Of a DNA stretch of 64,000 nucleotides, positions 47,872 through 60,520 are shown one piece after another. This DNA comes from Ascidiella aspersa. Lineage: Eukaryota. The position numbers and the translations under genes are program-made. Numbering within the stretch: the stretch's first letter is position 1; the number at the start of each line of letters is the position of its first letter. The notes under the pieces were generated by a model, which saw only the letters and a list, made by a program, of their open reading frames with translations, ran no database searches and was not told the origin of the DNA. The stretch covers positions 26,846,001 to 26,910,000 of the forward strand of contig OZ004612.1 in assembly GCA_963924565.1 (NCBI GenBank). The letters run 5' to 3'.

Positions 47872-48203
47872 CAGTGCTTCTCAACCTTTTTTCGCGGCGA
47901 CCCAAATATTAAGGGTAAGTAAGACGACTGAGATTTGGCGACCCAATTGTTTTTTCTTGTAAGCGAACTACAAAAGCTAGCTTCTTATAGGCGAACAAAA
48001 AATAGGCATTAGCATAAAGAATTTCGTATTTTATTAATTATTATAAGACATTATTGTATTGCTTCCTTAGTTTTCTTAATTGATAAATTTTGCTCAGAAC
48101 CAATCTCAATTAGTATAAACATGTGAGCTACTGCGGTCGGCGACCCAACCAAATCAAACAGCGACCCAATTTTGGGTCGCGACCCATAGGTTGAGAAGCA
48201 CTG
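47872..48203. mobile_element. hAT-type MITE; a related degenerate copy abuts it at 48211-48475
   Basis: Perfect 15-bp TIR cagtgcttctcaacc; TSD tcttaagc/acttaagc; gcgaccca repeats. Confidence 0.85.
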
Positions 48204-51200
48204 ACTTAAGCAGTGCTCATGAGGTGCGACCCAAATTTGGGTAAACGTTTGATTTGGTTGGGTCACCCACTGCACGAATTAGATTTTTTGTAATTTATAC
48301 TGGGCAAAATATATCCAAAATTGCGACAACTGGGTAAAAGAGATGCCCCATATCAATTAAATTCGATTTTATTTATGATAATGGTGTTTCAACGTTGACT
48401 TACAAAAAGTTAATTTCAAAAAAATGGGTCGCCAAAGCTACGTTATTATACTTCACAAAAGGTTGAGAAACACTGACAAAGTGTGTCGTTTTTCGTTGTA
48501 CGGTTTTTATCAGCTATTAAATATCATACTAAATGTTAAAAATAAAGCAAAACAAACACACACGCATTTCCTGTCTTATACCCAACCTCTTATTTGGCAT
48601 ATAGGCCGTGTGCATATAAATCGCGTTGGTATGAGTAATACTAGTACGACACTATGCCGGTTTAGGTTTTTTGGGCTTTAATTCTTTAATCCTTTTGTTT
48701 TAGGTTAAATGTCAGACAATTTAGCAGTTATGACTTGCTTATTAAATACAAAGTGTTCTTGCAAGGCGTTTACTTTATTTAGGCCAGCTGTATTTTGGCA
48801 TGAGAAACGTATTTTTTAAAGGTAACTGTGTACAGGGCGGGTAAAGCATTTACGTTTGCGAATAACCTTTTTTCATAAATGACGTCATAACGTACATCAT
48901 AAACATCTAATTCTAAAAACACCCAATGTTTTCGAACGAGCTTATCCGCAAATATTTTTTAAATTGCGTATACTTTTGGTTTTAAATGAGACGTGATCAT
49001 TGGACACATGAGGATTTACATGTTTTTTCAAATGAAAGCAATTATATAATTAATTTGGCAGAATTTACACTTTGTACAGCTCATGAGTTCACACGGCGCA
49101 AAATGCCATAGTGTGGATGTCGCCTTTGAGCGGCAAAAATATATTTTTTGCTTCAAAGACCCATGGATATATCAAGCGCTTGTTACCAACATAGACCAAC
49201 TTTTATTGATAATTGTCCGTAGTTTAGTTTACAACCGAACAACGCACAGGGTAAAAAGAAGTCGAGTTGAGTAATTTAGTGTGCAGCTAAACGCGACACT
49301 TACAGGATATAAGTGGGGTGGAATTTAAGAACTGCGGCCTCGTTTTGCCGTTACAAATTACTCTTCTAAATACAATTCAATCACACACTGACAAATGGCT
49401 TCCTGCATAATGTGCACTGTGTACAGCAGTTGGCGGTGTACACTATACGGCGACTCCGTATAACTTCGTAATTAATCGGTTAATGCGAGTGTAAAAATTG
49501 AACACTTATTGGAACCTTAAATCGCGTTTTAATTGTTTTGCCATTATCTGGCGTGATGGAGTCAAAACAAGATTTACAATCTCATCCAGCGCATTTTTCC
49601 GGTGACAAGCCGCCATGTGGATAAAATATATTCAAAACAATTATGTTTTATCAATTGTAACAATCTCTTTCGGCTTAAAAAAATCTGAAATATAGCTCGA
49701 CCATGATTTCAAACTAATAAGTTGTCTGCGAAAGAAATAAGTCCTTAACTAGTTGCCAAGACCGTATAAAAAATGGCGTACAAGTCTAAACGGAGTGAAT
49801 TAGCACAACCGTGTAATCTTTTACTTGAGATTATTTTTATGTAATATATCCAACACGTGTTTTATGCACGTAAAATTTATTCTGGGCTCAAAATATTCGA
49901 TTGCGCCGCTTGTAACAAATTCGGTTCAAGCTCGGCGCTAATGCGACGCCATAGTCTGTTTGTGATGGTGCATGGTAGGAATTTAAAAGACGGATGCACA
50001 TACGTATGCTATTTAATCTTTGCCGAGCGCTTTGTGGTCCTATGCTTTACGACCGCCCGCTCCTTTTTTGTCTGAAAAAATGTTTATACATACAATTTCA
50101 TGACAAGCATCGACGATGACAAATGAAGAAACTTACACTTTTAAGTCAAGGTTTAGGCTTGCTTGACCACTAACGCTCGTTGCATAACTCCCGTTCAAGC
50201 CAAGGAAATTTAATTCATACACATTGACTTTTTCGGTTCCCTTTCCTATACAAAACAGGTGAAAATGTGATTCGCCGCGATGCCACGTATAGCATTATAA
50301 CTATGGTAATACAACAACAGGTGCTATTATTATCGTTGGTAAGTATATCACAAAAATACACGTGTGTGTGAATCCCACATTATTTGTCTCTGTATTAGTT
50401 ACAAAAGCTCTTGACCAAATGTGATGTCGATTTACTTGGCTTTTGGCCTTCATTAGCCTATTAGGCTACATGCAGATCCGTACCTACATAGGTTTGATCG
50501 GAAATATCCACAATAAAAAAACAAAACGTCAAATAGTTTATTAGCAGTAACCTTTCAAACTGGGGTCTGTTGACAAACTGGGTCCATACAACAGTCTTGG
50601 GAAGTCTGCGAAAATACTTTTTATATTTACACCAGTTTGTAGTAGTGACTGAATTAGTTACAAAAGTCTTTGACAAAACGACTTAATGACAGAATATCGG
50701 TTTGATTTAACGTCCTAACAAAGATTACCTCTAAGGAGTAAAGCAACAGGCGTGACATACAGATAAAAAGTAGGCCCCTCGTTAAGGCCCCGCGAGGCGA
50801 GATGCATAATGTTTCCCCCTTTGGGCGCCAGGCGTGCTTATCTTGTCACTTTATTTGCTAAAGATCGTCGACTACAACGTGTGGTAAACCAGGCAACTGA
50901 TAAATCTCTACTCAAGTCGGCCGGAATATTTTGTGCTGGACCTCTTAGTTAGCTTAGAATTACTACAACAATCGTTTTAAAAAGATCGGTTGTATCGCGC
51001 AGCCTTCGTATGCTCACGCGAGAAAGGTTTACTACATGAAATGTGAGAATGACGCACAGCTTCAAGCCTTCTAACACTTTTTTTCCCAACTAAACGCATA
51101 GTCGGTTGTACTTAGAAAATTATCACCGATATTGAAGCGGATAATAACTTAATTGATCCTCAAATATATTTTCCACTTTTTAAAAAAAAAATTCCCAACT

Positions 51201-51252
51201 AATATAATTCCTTTCAGGGCTCGAAACACCATATATATGTTTTGTTAGCTAT

Positions 51253-51319
51253 GTAGGAAATCGAACGCACGACCCGGGGATAACGTGACCACTATTGTAC
51301 CTACTGAGCTATCGGGTAT
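51253..51319 (-). mobile_element. Degenerate tRNA-derived SINE head
   Basis: A-box-like TAGCTCAGTAGG and B-box-like GTTCGATT at tRNA-like spacing; no intact cloverleaf. Confidence 0.4.
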
Positions 51320-54051
51320 CTAAAGAGCTTGGGAAAATTATGTATGTCAATTCAAGCCTATAATTTCTGCACAACTATTTATTAACCACGGCAGCGTCAC
51401 GCGCAAGTAGATTCGATGCAGAATGTTGGGAGCAAAGCGTCTCTATTTGATGTGCAAATATTTGCTACAAGGTATAAAAAGCACACAACAAACATTGGTT
51501 GTGTTAAAACGGGGTTTCTCTGTAAACATGGACTTTGCGCTGATATTCAAACTGGTTTAGGTGTAGCCTATCTATGCCAAAGTTTATTAAATATTATGTC
51601 TCAACCTTGCCTAACCTATAAATGTTAGAAAGGATTACTTCGGGACACAACTTGAAAAAAGTTGCCCAACCTAGGCTTAAGCTTACCAATACTTTTTCAA
51701 TCAAGGTATTTTTACCACAGTTTGCTTCGTCTTACCTATATTTATCGACGGTTCCTAAACTTGATTTATCATTAGACCTAAGCAACACGTGATGAAGAAT
51801 TTAGATTTTTTAAAGGCAACAAATGCGGATCTGCGACCGTTAAAATATAAAAAACACAAAACCTAGCGAAATATTTTCATCACATTTTTATTTCTGATAA
51901 CAAAATTGAAGGAAATTACATTACAGGAGACGGCCTGGTAAAACGGAGCATTTATTTTACCGAAACGATATAACTGCAAAATTATTTTTACCAGGACCCA
52001 GTTCTGGAAATTTACAGCTTACTTCCACCAATGGTGTAAACTCTTACATTTAGCAAGCAGATTCGTCTCTCAAAATGTTTATTAAATTTAACGAATTGTC
52101 AAAGCACATAATGACTCCGGGTAAGAACCAGACAAAACGAGCTGTATACTTGGCACTTGACGTTGCGGCTTAAAGCAGACGGTTAAAAACGATTTCTGAC
52201 AACTGTCTGGCAGAAGGCATGACTTTTGAGCTTACTCCGTGCGTTGTAGCAACAAGCGAGTTTTTCTTTTCTAAATCGTAATGCCTTTTCACTTTACATT
52301 TTTTGTCTTTTTGCGACATTTGTACTTATCAATTAGTTATACTACTTGAAGGCCAATCGTGATGCTTCGTTTTCTCGACATAATATTTTAGAACTTTTAG
52401 AATCGTTTAATCTTGGTTAAACAGAAAAATAAAAATAAAACTGACCCGCTGTGGCCACATAATACGTTTGACACAAAGTCACAAAAGCGTTAGATTGTGA
52501 ATGCTCCCGAAGTTAATCCATTGAAACTCGCGACGTAGCTGACAAAACACACAACCTCGGGGTGCCATTTAAAATGGTCAAACATAGATTCAGTAGTTGG
52601 AATCCTAGGAATTTCGTTTTTATTAGATTTAAAATCTGACAGCTATTTCGTTATTTTGCTCATCATCATTATGTTTTTTCTCTGGGCAAATCCTGATCAG
52701 GCCCACTGATTGCGGTGAGACTTTTCGAAAAACAGCCAGTATAGTACTAAATAATGTGTGCCAATTGTAAAATTGTTCTGAATCAATGCCTGGCAGCAAC
52801 AATTAATTAAAAATGTGTGCTGTTATTGTTGCTGTTATTGCTTGAATGTGTGCTGTTATTGATTACTTGAAATTCGTTATTGTTGCGGCAAAATCATTTC
52901 TTTGTTACGCCACAGTGACTAACCATTGTTACATGAGGTCGGTGTGGCTTGGCACCAAGTATTACAATTGTTGTGTCCAGACTTCGACTAACATACAAGC
53001 AAAAAAATTAAACCATGCATTTTGTTGTCTGCGTGTTGCTGTTTATACTTCTTTGTTGTGCTAGAACAGGATATTAAGATGATATTTAAGGGTGCGGCGA
53101 TGGATTTATTTTGTTAGATACTGTAAATGGTTGGGTACAACCAAATTAATCCATTAACGCGACACCAATATTTTAAAACGCGCTCTCGAGTAAATCAAAA
53201 CTTCGAAAGAAGCTTGAAAAGGGTCAATTATTGTCGTCAGTGTGTGACGTGTTATATTAAAAACAACTTCTAATTCAAATCGGCCAAAAGCCTTAAAAAC
53301 TTATTTGGTTCAAATTGTTTATCTAAACTTTATTTGCCCCTGTTTTTACTACAAAAATGTAAACAATTTTTGCGCCTCGCACGATCTTCTAGCCTATGTC
53401 TTAGCTAATATTAATGGAAATTTATTAGCTCTGTGGCGTCGTGGCTATGTCTTATCTTCCATTTGGCGCTATATCTAAGTTAGGCGACTGTTAATCGGAC
53501 TGCAGCTCAATTAGTCATATTTGTGGTTATGGCATTACCGATCGGTTCGTAATTATTCGACAACAATTGAAATTTTCGGTTTAAAAATGGAATAGACTTT
53601 TTACTGACTTGATAACTTGTAGTTCGAATACCTCTAACAGGGAATTTACTTTTTGACATCTTTTTGTCAATCTTATTTCGCCTTGGGAATAAATCTCATG
53701 CCTTACCCTACTTTTCAATGGTCTCGCTCGTATGGTGGGTACAATTACATTGCACTCCTCACCCTACGTATCTCAACCAAATACTGTAAATCCAAATGAA
53801 AGGTTTTACACTAAAGTCTTTTCGACTCTGCGTTTCTATGGAATTATAAATTAGAAGTGAATTAGATCGGTTTTAAGTAGTGCACTGGTGGGTTTTCACG
53901 CAACTCCATTTAGTCCATCCAGGGACTGAACAACAGTCAGCCAAAAAGAAATTTTGTGAGAAAACGTTTTTATTAAGAAATGAAAAGAAGTCGAAGGAAC
54001 AACATTTGGCAAAAAATCAGGGCGCCTAAAAATTGTTAGCGATTCACAGAA

Positions 54052-57000
54052 TTAAGCGACATTGTTCAACGAAAAAACATCGAAAATGCGAATTGAGCAT
54101 GGAGTGATTGTTACGTCACGAGGCACGCATTGTCGAGGAACAATGGGCGACGGCTGCAACGAGTCAAGGTAGCTCCTGTAGACGAGGTCGAGGCGTGGCG
54201 CGCGGCAAGAACCGGCCCTCATTGACGCCCTTTTCCGTTTCCGCAAGTTCCCGTTTTCCGCATCTTCGCTCCGTTTCGCCGCTTTTTCGCAATTGAGCGA
54301 GGTCTTTTCGGGATTCAACCGCTTCGTTGAAGCGACAGTTTCATCATCGCGTCGTGCCGTAAGATCATCGTGATCGTGTCTGACGTCATCGTGATCGGCT
54401 TCGACGTCATCGTGATCGCTTTTGACGTCACCACGACCAGATTTGACGTCAACTTGATTGACATTGGTGTCGCGTTGAAGGTTGTAGTCGAGATTATCGG
54501 GTTCCACCTTGATTACGACATTTTTAATTGTGACGTCATCTCGTTTGGATGTGACGTCATCATTTATTTTTGGGGAACTCGACTGGCCTTTTGGATTTGC
54601 GGAAGCGGAAAGGACACGTTTCTTAACACATTCTTGTAGTTTTGCGGTTGACTTAGTTTCGTCCCGCATTGTGATGTCACTTACGGTGCTTCTCGAGTCG
54701 ACGTCGATTCCGCGCGACTTCCGCTTCCGCCGGATGCGGTCCAGGGTGGGCAGCTCAGGGTCGCCACGCGATCGCTTCGCCGCCGCTTTCCGCAAATCCG
54801 GTTTGCCGGCGTTGAGCAGCGCCTCGACCTCTTTGCGGATCCGCGTCATCTTCTCTTCTTCGCTCTCGATAGAACAAGATTGCGACCGAGTTTGCTTGAC
54901 AGGTGAGGAAAAGGGAGCTTGGTCTTCTCTTTCCTCGGTTGTTCTTTCTTGCACAGAGCTAGTTAGCTGCTGTTTTGTTGGCGAGAGGCGTGTAGGGGGA
55001 TGTTCTGCGCTTGAAACATTCACATTTGAACCTTGTCCTTTTATTTCGTGAGGAGTTGGACTGCTTTGCTGTTGATTGACAGGACCTGGGCGTGTAGGGG
55101 GCGTTTTTGCGCCAAGATCCATGAGCTTTGAACCTTGGCTTGCTTGTTCTGCTGTGTTTTCCCGGGCTGGACTCTTGGTTTGCTGGTTGGTGGAGAAGGG
55201 GCGTGTAGGGGGCGTATTCGCCCCTGAAACGGCTGATACGTTTTCAACTTGCTCAGCTGGTGGATTTGAGATTGGGCTGTGCTGTAGAAGCCCTGATAGA
55301 ATTGGAGAATGGCGGTCATTGCTTGCATTTGTAGTCAAATTCACTTCAGGGAATGATCTAGTCTGTTGTACTCTTCGTTCGGCATGTTGACTCATCCTAC
55401 AAACGACCAGCACCATACGTACGCTGGTGCATGGGTAGAAGTTGACGATGCACAAGACATCGCGAGCGCTCTTTACAAGGAAGTAGCTCTTCTTGGCCTC
55501 TCTCATTCCGCTCCAAGGACTCATGGGCGGGAATTCGACGCACACGAACATCTTGGTGCGTTCTTGGAGATGCGCAGCTATGGCGGCCTCGGCGACGCGC
55601 GGGTCGTCTGACAGCGCGTACATGACGAAATCGCGTGACCTCACGTCACTGACGTCCTTGCCTAGGAACCGGGCGACGATTCGCGGCAACAAGCGGTCGT
55701 CACTAGTTGTCGAGCATGTACGCAGGAATTTCGCGTCGGCGGAATCTCCTGTCTCCAAAGCCGGCGCTTGTAACTGGCCCTGCTCGATGTTCCTCGCCTT
55801 CATTGTAATGGCTTCGTGCGACGTTAATCTGGTGCCCCTGTTCGAATCGACCTTGCCTTGCAGCGAGAAGCAGTTGACGATCTGGATGTCGTCGCAGATC
55901 TCGTTGTTCGGCGACTTTCTTTGGTTGAAAGGTGACAATCGTTTGGAGGTTGTCTTCTGATGCTGAGACCTTTCCTCCAGGTTCATCCTGGCCTTGTTTA
56001 GGCTCTCCACTTCCTTTATTAGGTTGTCCAGTGTCAAGTCGCAAGGAAAGTCACGACCTGTTGTTGCGCTGCGAACTTTGCTGTCTGAAAAACGAACCCA
56101 GAAAAGTTAGAAAACAGTTCCGAGCCGCGAGCTCTAAACCAGGTCCGTGGACCCCTCGGTACGTTTACTAATTTTGGGGGGTTAATATAAGTCTAATCTA
56201 AATTTAGGAGTATACCTTTTGAAAAAGAATCGTTTTTTTCAATTACTGTAACCAAGTTAAATGGTTTAAATGTAATTTTGCGTTGCCTTTATCAAGAGAG
56301 GCTATTAATACATCAAGTGGAGAAATTCCACAACTGTAGATGTTAGGTCAAATAAATCTGCATTTTTTCTATTCAGATGTACAAACAAAAATTAATTTAC
56401 CTAAATACTAAACATAAAACGTTATCGTTCGGATTTCATAGCATAGCGTACTGCTGTTTACTAAAACTTACCAGATGAAACTGCACGTGTTCTCTGCTCT
56501 CCAAGTGATGGCTGTTGAAGTTGAGGGAATGATTGTGGACGTTGATTGGGAACGTGGGGAGTTACTTGCTGGATGTGAGGGGATTCCTGTTGAATTGGAG
56601 GGGAACATTGTTGGTTTTGTTGGGGAGAAACTCTTTCAGTTTGTTGTGATTGCTGCGGTATAGATGAACGCGGTTTGGTTTGTTGATGTTGCAGTTCTAT
56701 GAACATCTGCTGCCCTGGAGACTGCAATGGAACATGGCAGGGAAGTTGCTGGCCTGAAGCTGGTATCGTTGAGTACATTTGGGGTTGCTGTTCGAACGAC
56801 GTTGCTATCGTTGAGTAAGCAGGTGGCAGTGGTCGATTCTGCGTTGGTATTGCTGCGTGTTGGTGCGGAGTTTGTTGGTATTGTGTTGCAACAGCTGATG
56901 GATGGTAGAAAGTGTAGGGCTGTTGATTTGGTGGCGACGAGCGTTGACGCTGCACTTTCTGTTTAGCTGGAGCTTTTCCTTTGATGACATTTACAAAGGG

Positions 57001-57711
57001 TGCAGGTGTTTTAGAAGGATAGTTGCTGTATTTGTCGGCTTGGGTTTTGGCGCTGCTGTTGGGTTTCATTTGTTGCTGTTTTGATTTTGGAAAGCTTTGG
57101 TCCGCGCTGTTGCTGCGAAAGTACTGCTGGGTGCTGAGGGATCCCTGCTGTACATCGGCTAACGTTCGCCGCACACCACCGACGTACTGTTGTGCGTTTT
57201 GGGTCGACATCTTTGGGTTGCAGGCTCCAGACTGCTGCAGCTGCAGCGGGGTAGTAGTGTGATGTCCAACTTGTTGTTGCTGTTGCTGATGTAAGGCTAC
57301 CAACTGGTTCACGTGGGTTTGCGTATCGGGCAAGTTGCCCACGTTGATGTTGTACTGGATTACCTGCTGGTTAACGTTGCAGCCTGCCTGCTGATTAAGT
57401 TGGGTTTGCTCGGCGAAGGTCTGGCCTTGGTTGTTCTGTATCTGACAGTGATAAGCACCAGCATTAGCCTGCAGCTTGTAATGTTGGAGCGCGCTCTTAG
57501 AAATTCGAACTCCGGCGTTGTGGTTTTTGCTGGAGTTTTGTGATTGGGCTTCGGCATGTTGATTCGAGCGAACAGAGCTCCTTGAGAAACCCACGTTCTG
57601 AGAAAAGACGATGGTCTGTTTGCTTTGTGCGCCGTGATGTGCCTGAACGCCGACTTTGTTGTTGCTGTTGTTCGCTGACTGCTGTAACTGGTGTACGGCG
57701 TGTACGTCCAT
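54052..57711 (-). CDS. Uncharacterised Q-rich, low-complexity, putatively nuclear protein, paralog B (~1090 aa, 2 coding exons)
   Basis: join(complement(56472..57711),complement(54052..56084)). Same intron position and phase as paralog A; the frame is preserved across many indels; AATAAA at 53974-53969. Confidence 0.85.
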
Positions 57712-58490
57712 TACGACCACTTTTTATGAGGTAACTGGTCGAGTAACAGTGGGTTATGTTTGCTTAATTATGACCTGTAACAAAAACAGTTGCATTGGTG
57801 GGTAGCCTGCCTTATGTTGAATTAAGGGACATTTAAGATAACAACCAGGGTCACGTAATGACAACGATAGGCAATGGCATGTCATACTCTACATAATCCA
57901 AAATATCCAGCCAACGACAGATAAATATTTGATCAACAAATACAGTAAAAAAGTAGTAGCTGTAATGAACTAGCATTGCCAACTAAATAAAATATAGTCT
58001 CTAATGTCACTCGAAAATGAGCTTGCGGTTAATAGAAAATAGGGGAAATGACTTATTTAAATATGTTTTACTATTTTTTTGCATACATAAATTGATGATG
58101 CCGTTCATTTATATGGCGAAATGTATATCCTTTAAACGTCTTTGACCTTGCTAATTGATTTTCGACTCGGTGCGGTGAAGCTATTAAACTGAATCGCTGA
58201 ATCGAGTTACAATAAGAAATACAAGCAAACGAAATAAATATTATGCAAATACACCTCCATTCAGAATTGCTTTCAAACAACTTTTCTTAACTTTAAACTT
58301 TTCCGAATAAATTATCGTTGTACTAAGCGTCTGAATCACAAACAAAATATTCGTCAAATAAGCCATGCTGTAAAGATTACAGGCGATTCGTAAGCGTGCA
58401 CGCCCGTAAACAAAACACTTCCGCCGTTATCGTGACTCACTTCTAATGCACGCGCAAGGCATAAACAACTAGTTTCCTGGGCCCAAACGT

Positions 58491-58891
58491 CAGTGTTGTA
58501 ATAACCTAAACAACTAGACTTAAGCGTACTTAGGTATATTGAGTAAAAACACTTGGGTTAAAAAATATATTTATTTAACAATTTTTTTATAAATTTGAGC
58601 TTTATTTTAGGTTTTGCAAAAATGAGATTGCTATTTTTTGGTGTTTTTGTTTTGTTGTTAGTTGATTTATTGCTCATAATAAACGGACGAATTTAACAAT
58701 TTTATCAATTTATTGCTATATTTTGATATTAGTGATTTGACTTGAACATGACTTGCTTAAAATAATGACTTGACTCATGACTGGGACAACTGATGACTTG
58801 ACTTGTTATTTGTTCCAACAAAATACTCGACTTGGGTTATTTAACCAATGACTTGACTGCGACACAAAATACTGACTAGTGTACAACACAA
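58491..58891. mobile_element. GACTT-rich MITE in the 5' UTR intron of paralog B
   Basis: Ends cagtgttgtaa / gtacaacacaa; partial TSD ccaaac. Confidence 0.65.
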
Positions 58892-60219
58892 CCAAACTGA
58901 CAGAAGAACACAGAGCACTATTTTCGTTTTACAGGAAGTTGTTGTTAATTGATGCGACGTGTGGGAAGTGATTTCAATTGTCCGGACATTGTTCATCAAT
59001 TAATACTGTTCGGCTGTGCTACTTTAGCACAATTCCCACATAACAAAAAAAACGTGTATTTCCTTTTAAAGAGACGACTTACCGGTGCCTTGGCAGGTAA
59101 TAATTATTGAAACTGGGCTTGTACATTTTAGAAAATTGTTTTTTAATATTTATTTAACTTATTAAGATTTAATTGTTCACCTAACAGCATCACACGATCA
59201 AGCGTCTGCCATGGACTAACCAGCACTATAGATTACCTTACTGTACTTGATTGTTAGAATACTCCAATCAGGAAATCAGGGGAGGGGTTAAGTCAGTGAT
59301 TATCTACCTTTATGGCTAACGACACCACTCGAAACTAATAAAGAGATTTTCAGGACCCGACTGGAATTTCAAGTATTTCACTGAAATGTCACTATAAATG
59401 AAACAGGAACATCACAAAATCAACTTACAACATGTACAAGGAAATGGCATTTGATATAATGGTCTCTAATCGTACACAAATATTTCAAAAAGCTTATGAA
59501 ATTGAACAAAAATCAGACTCCCAAATAACTTTTAGCACCCTAGTGCGTTAAAAATGGCACACCAGGGCGCCGCGGCACCCCGACTGAGAACCACTTGGTT
59601 AAGTAGTGGTGACAGTTAGCGCTTGGAACGAACCTAACTTTAATTGAGTTTTACATCGAATAGGCAAGAGTCCGCAATAATTATGGCTTTACTGACAAGG
59701 CCGACATCTAATTATGCTGATACAGTCGCCCGGGGCTCATGATAGTTATCGCAAGTTTTCGACCTAAAGCTGTACAGCCCGCCACAAGCAACGTTTACTG
59801 ATGTAAAACCGTTTTAATGTCGGCCGACAAGAGGGAACATTTAGGTTTACACTTGCTGGATTAAAAACTTCTAGTGATAGTTTTATTTGTTACTGTTCTT
59901 TAACTCACGACCCTAGCCTTTGATGTGCCTTCTATAGCCATCTATCATGCCTACAAATTACAAAACTTGCAGAGTGAAAGACAACCACAGAGACTTACTC
60001 GCCAAAATACACACCTGAACTATATTGTCACCGTAAACAAACTCAAAAACACATTGCCAATAGTACTACTTTCTTGTCAAGTTTACTGATTGTAATACCA
60101 GAACTTTGTCAGTCACTGCAATGTTTAAACGATAAGACTGCAACCACAAAACAAAAACCTGGTAAAGCACGCTGACTAAACGCTAGCCTGTCGAATCAGC
60201 ACTACATAAGGAACTCGTG

Positions 60220-60520
60220 CGTTTTGTACTGGGTGCCTTTTTCTTTTTGACCTACTTAAAAGGTTCAGGGCGCTGCTGGCAAAAGAGAGAAAACGCAAAT
60301 TAGAGCCACATTTTTGCCGCCCGCACACCGTGACCAAACAAACAGGCTGGAAGGGCAAGGGAAAAAGGCAAAGTTCTAAGCTATCCTGTCTGGATTCGTG
60401 TTTATCGACTTTCTGGCACCTTTTGTGGAAAGCAAACATTCCTCGATAACCCTGTCTGCTTGATTTCTTCTCCAGCCGTTTGCCACGAATTCCAGAGAGG
60501 AAAAAGGCGCACACGAAATG
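60220..60520 (-). promoter_or_regulatory. Conserved putative promoter block of paralog B, containing a RORE-like TTAAGTAGGTCA
   Basis: Identical ttgacctacttaaaag core (60247-60262) and a conserved ccagccgt..gccacgaattc block. Confidence 0.5.

Noticed and set aside
54370-55960. Long + strand ORFs (180, 155, 104 aa) antisense to paralog B, and similar ones opposite paralog A
   Set aside because: Shadow ORFs of GC-richer coding exons; not continuous between paralogs and with no independent splice structure.
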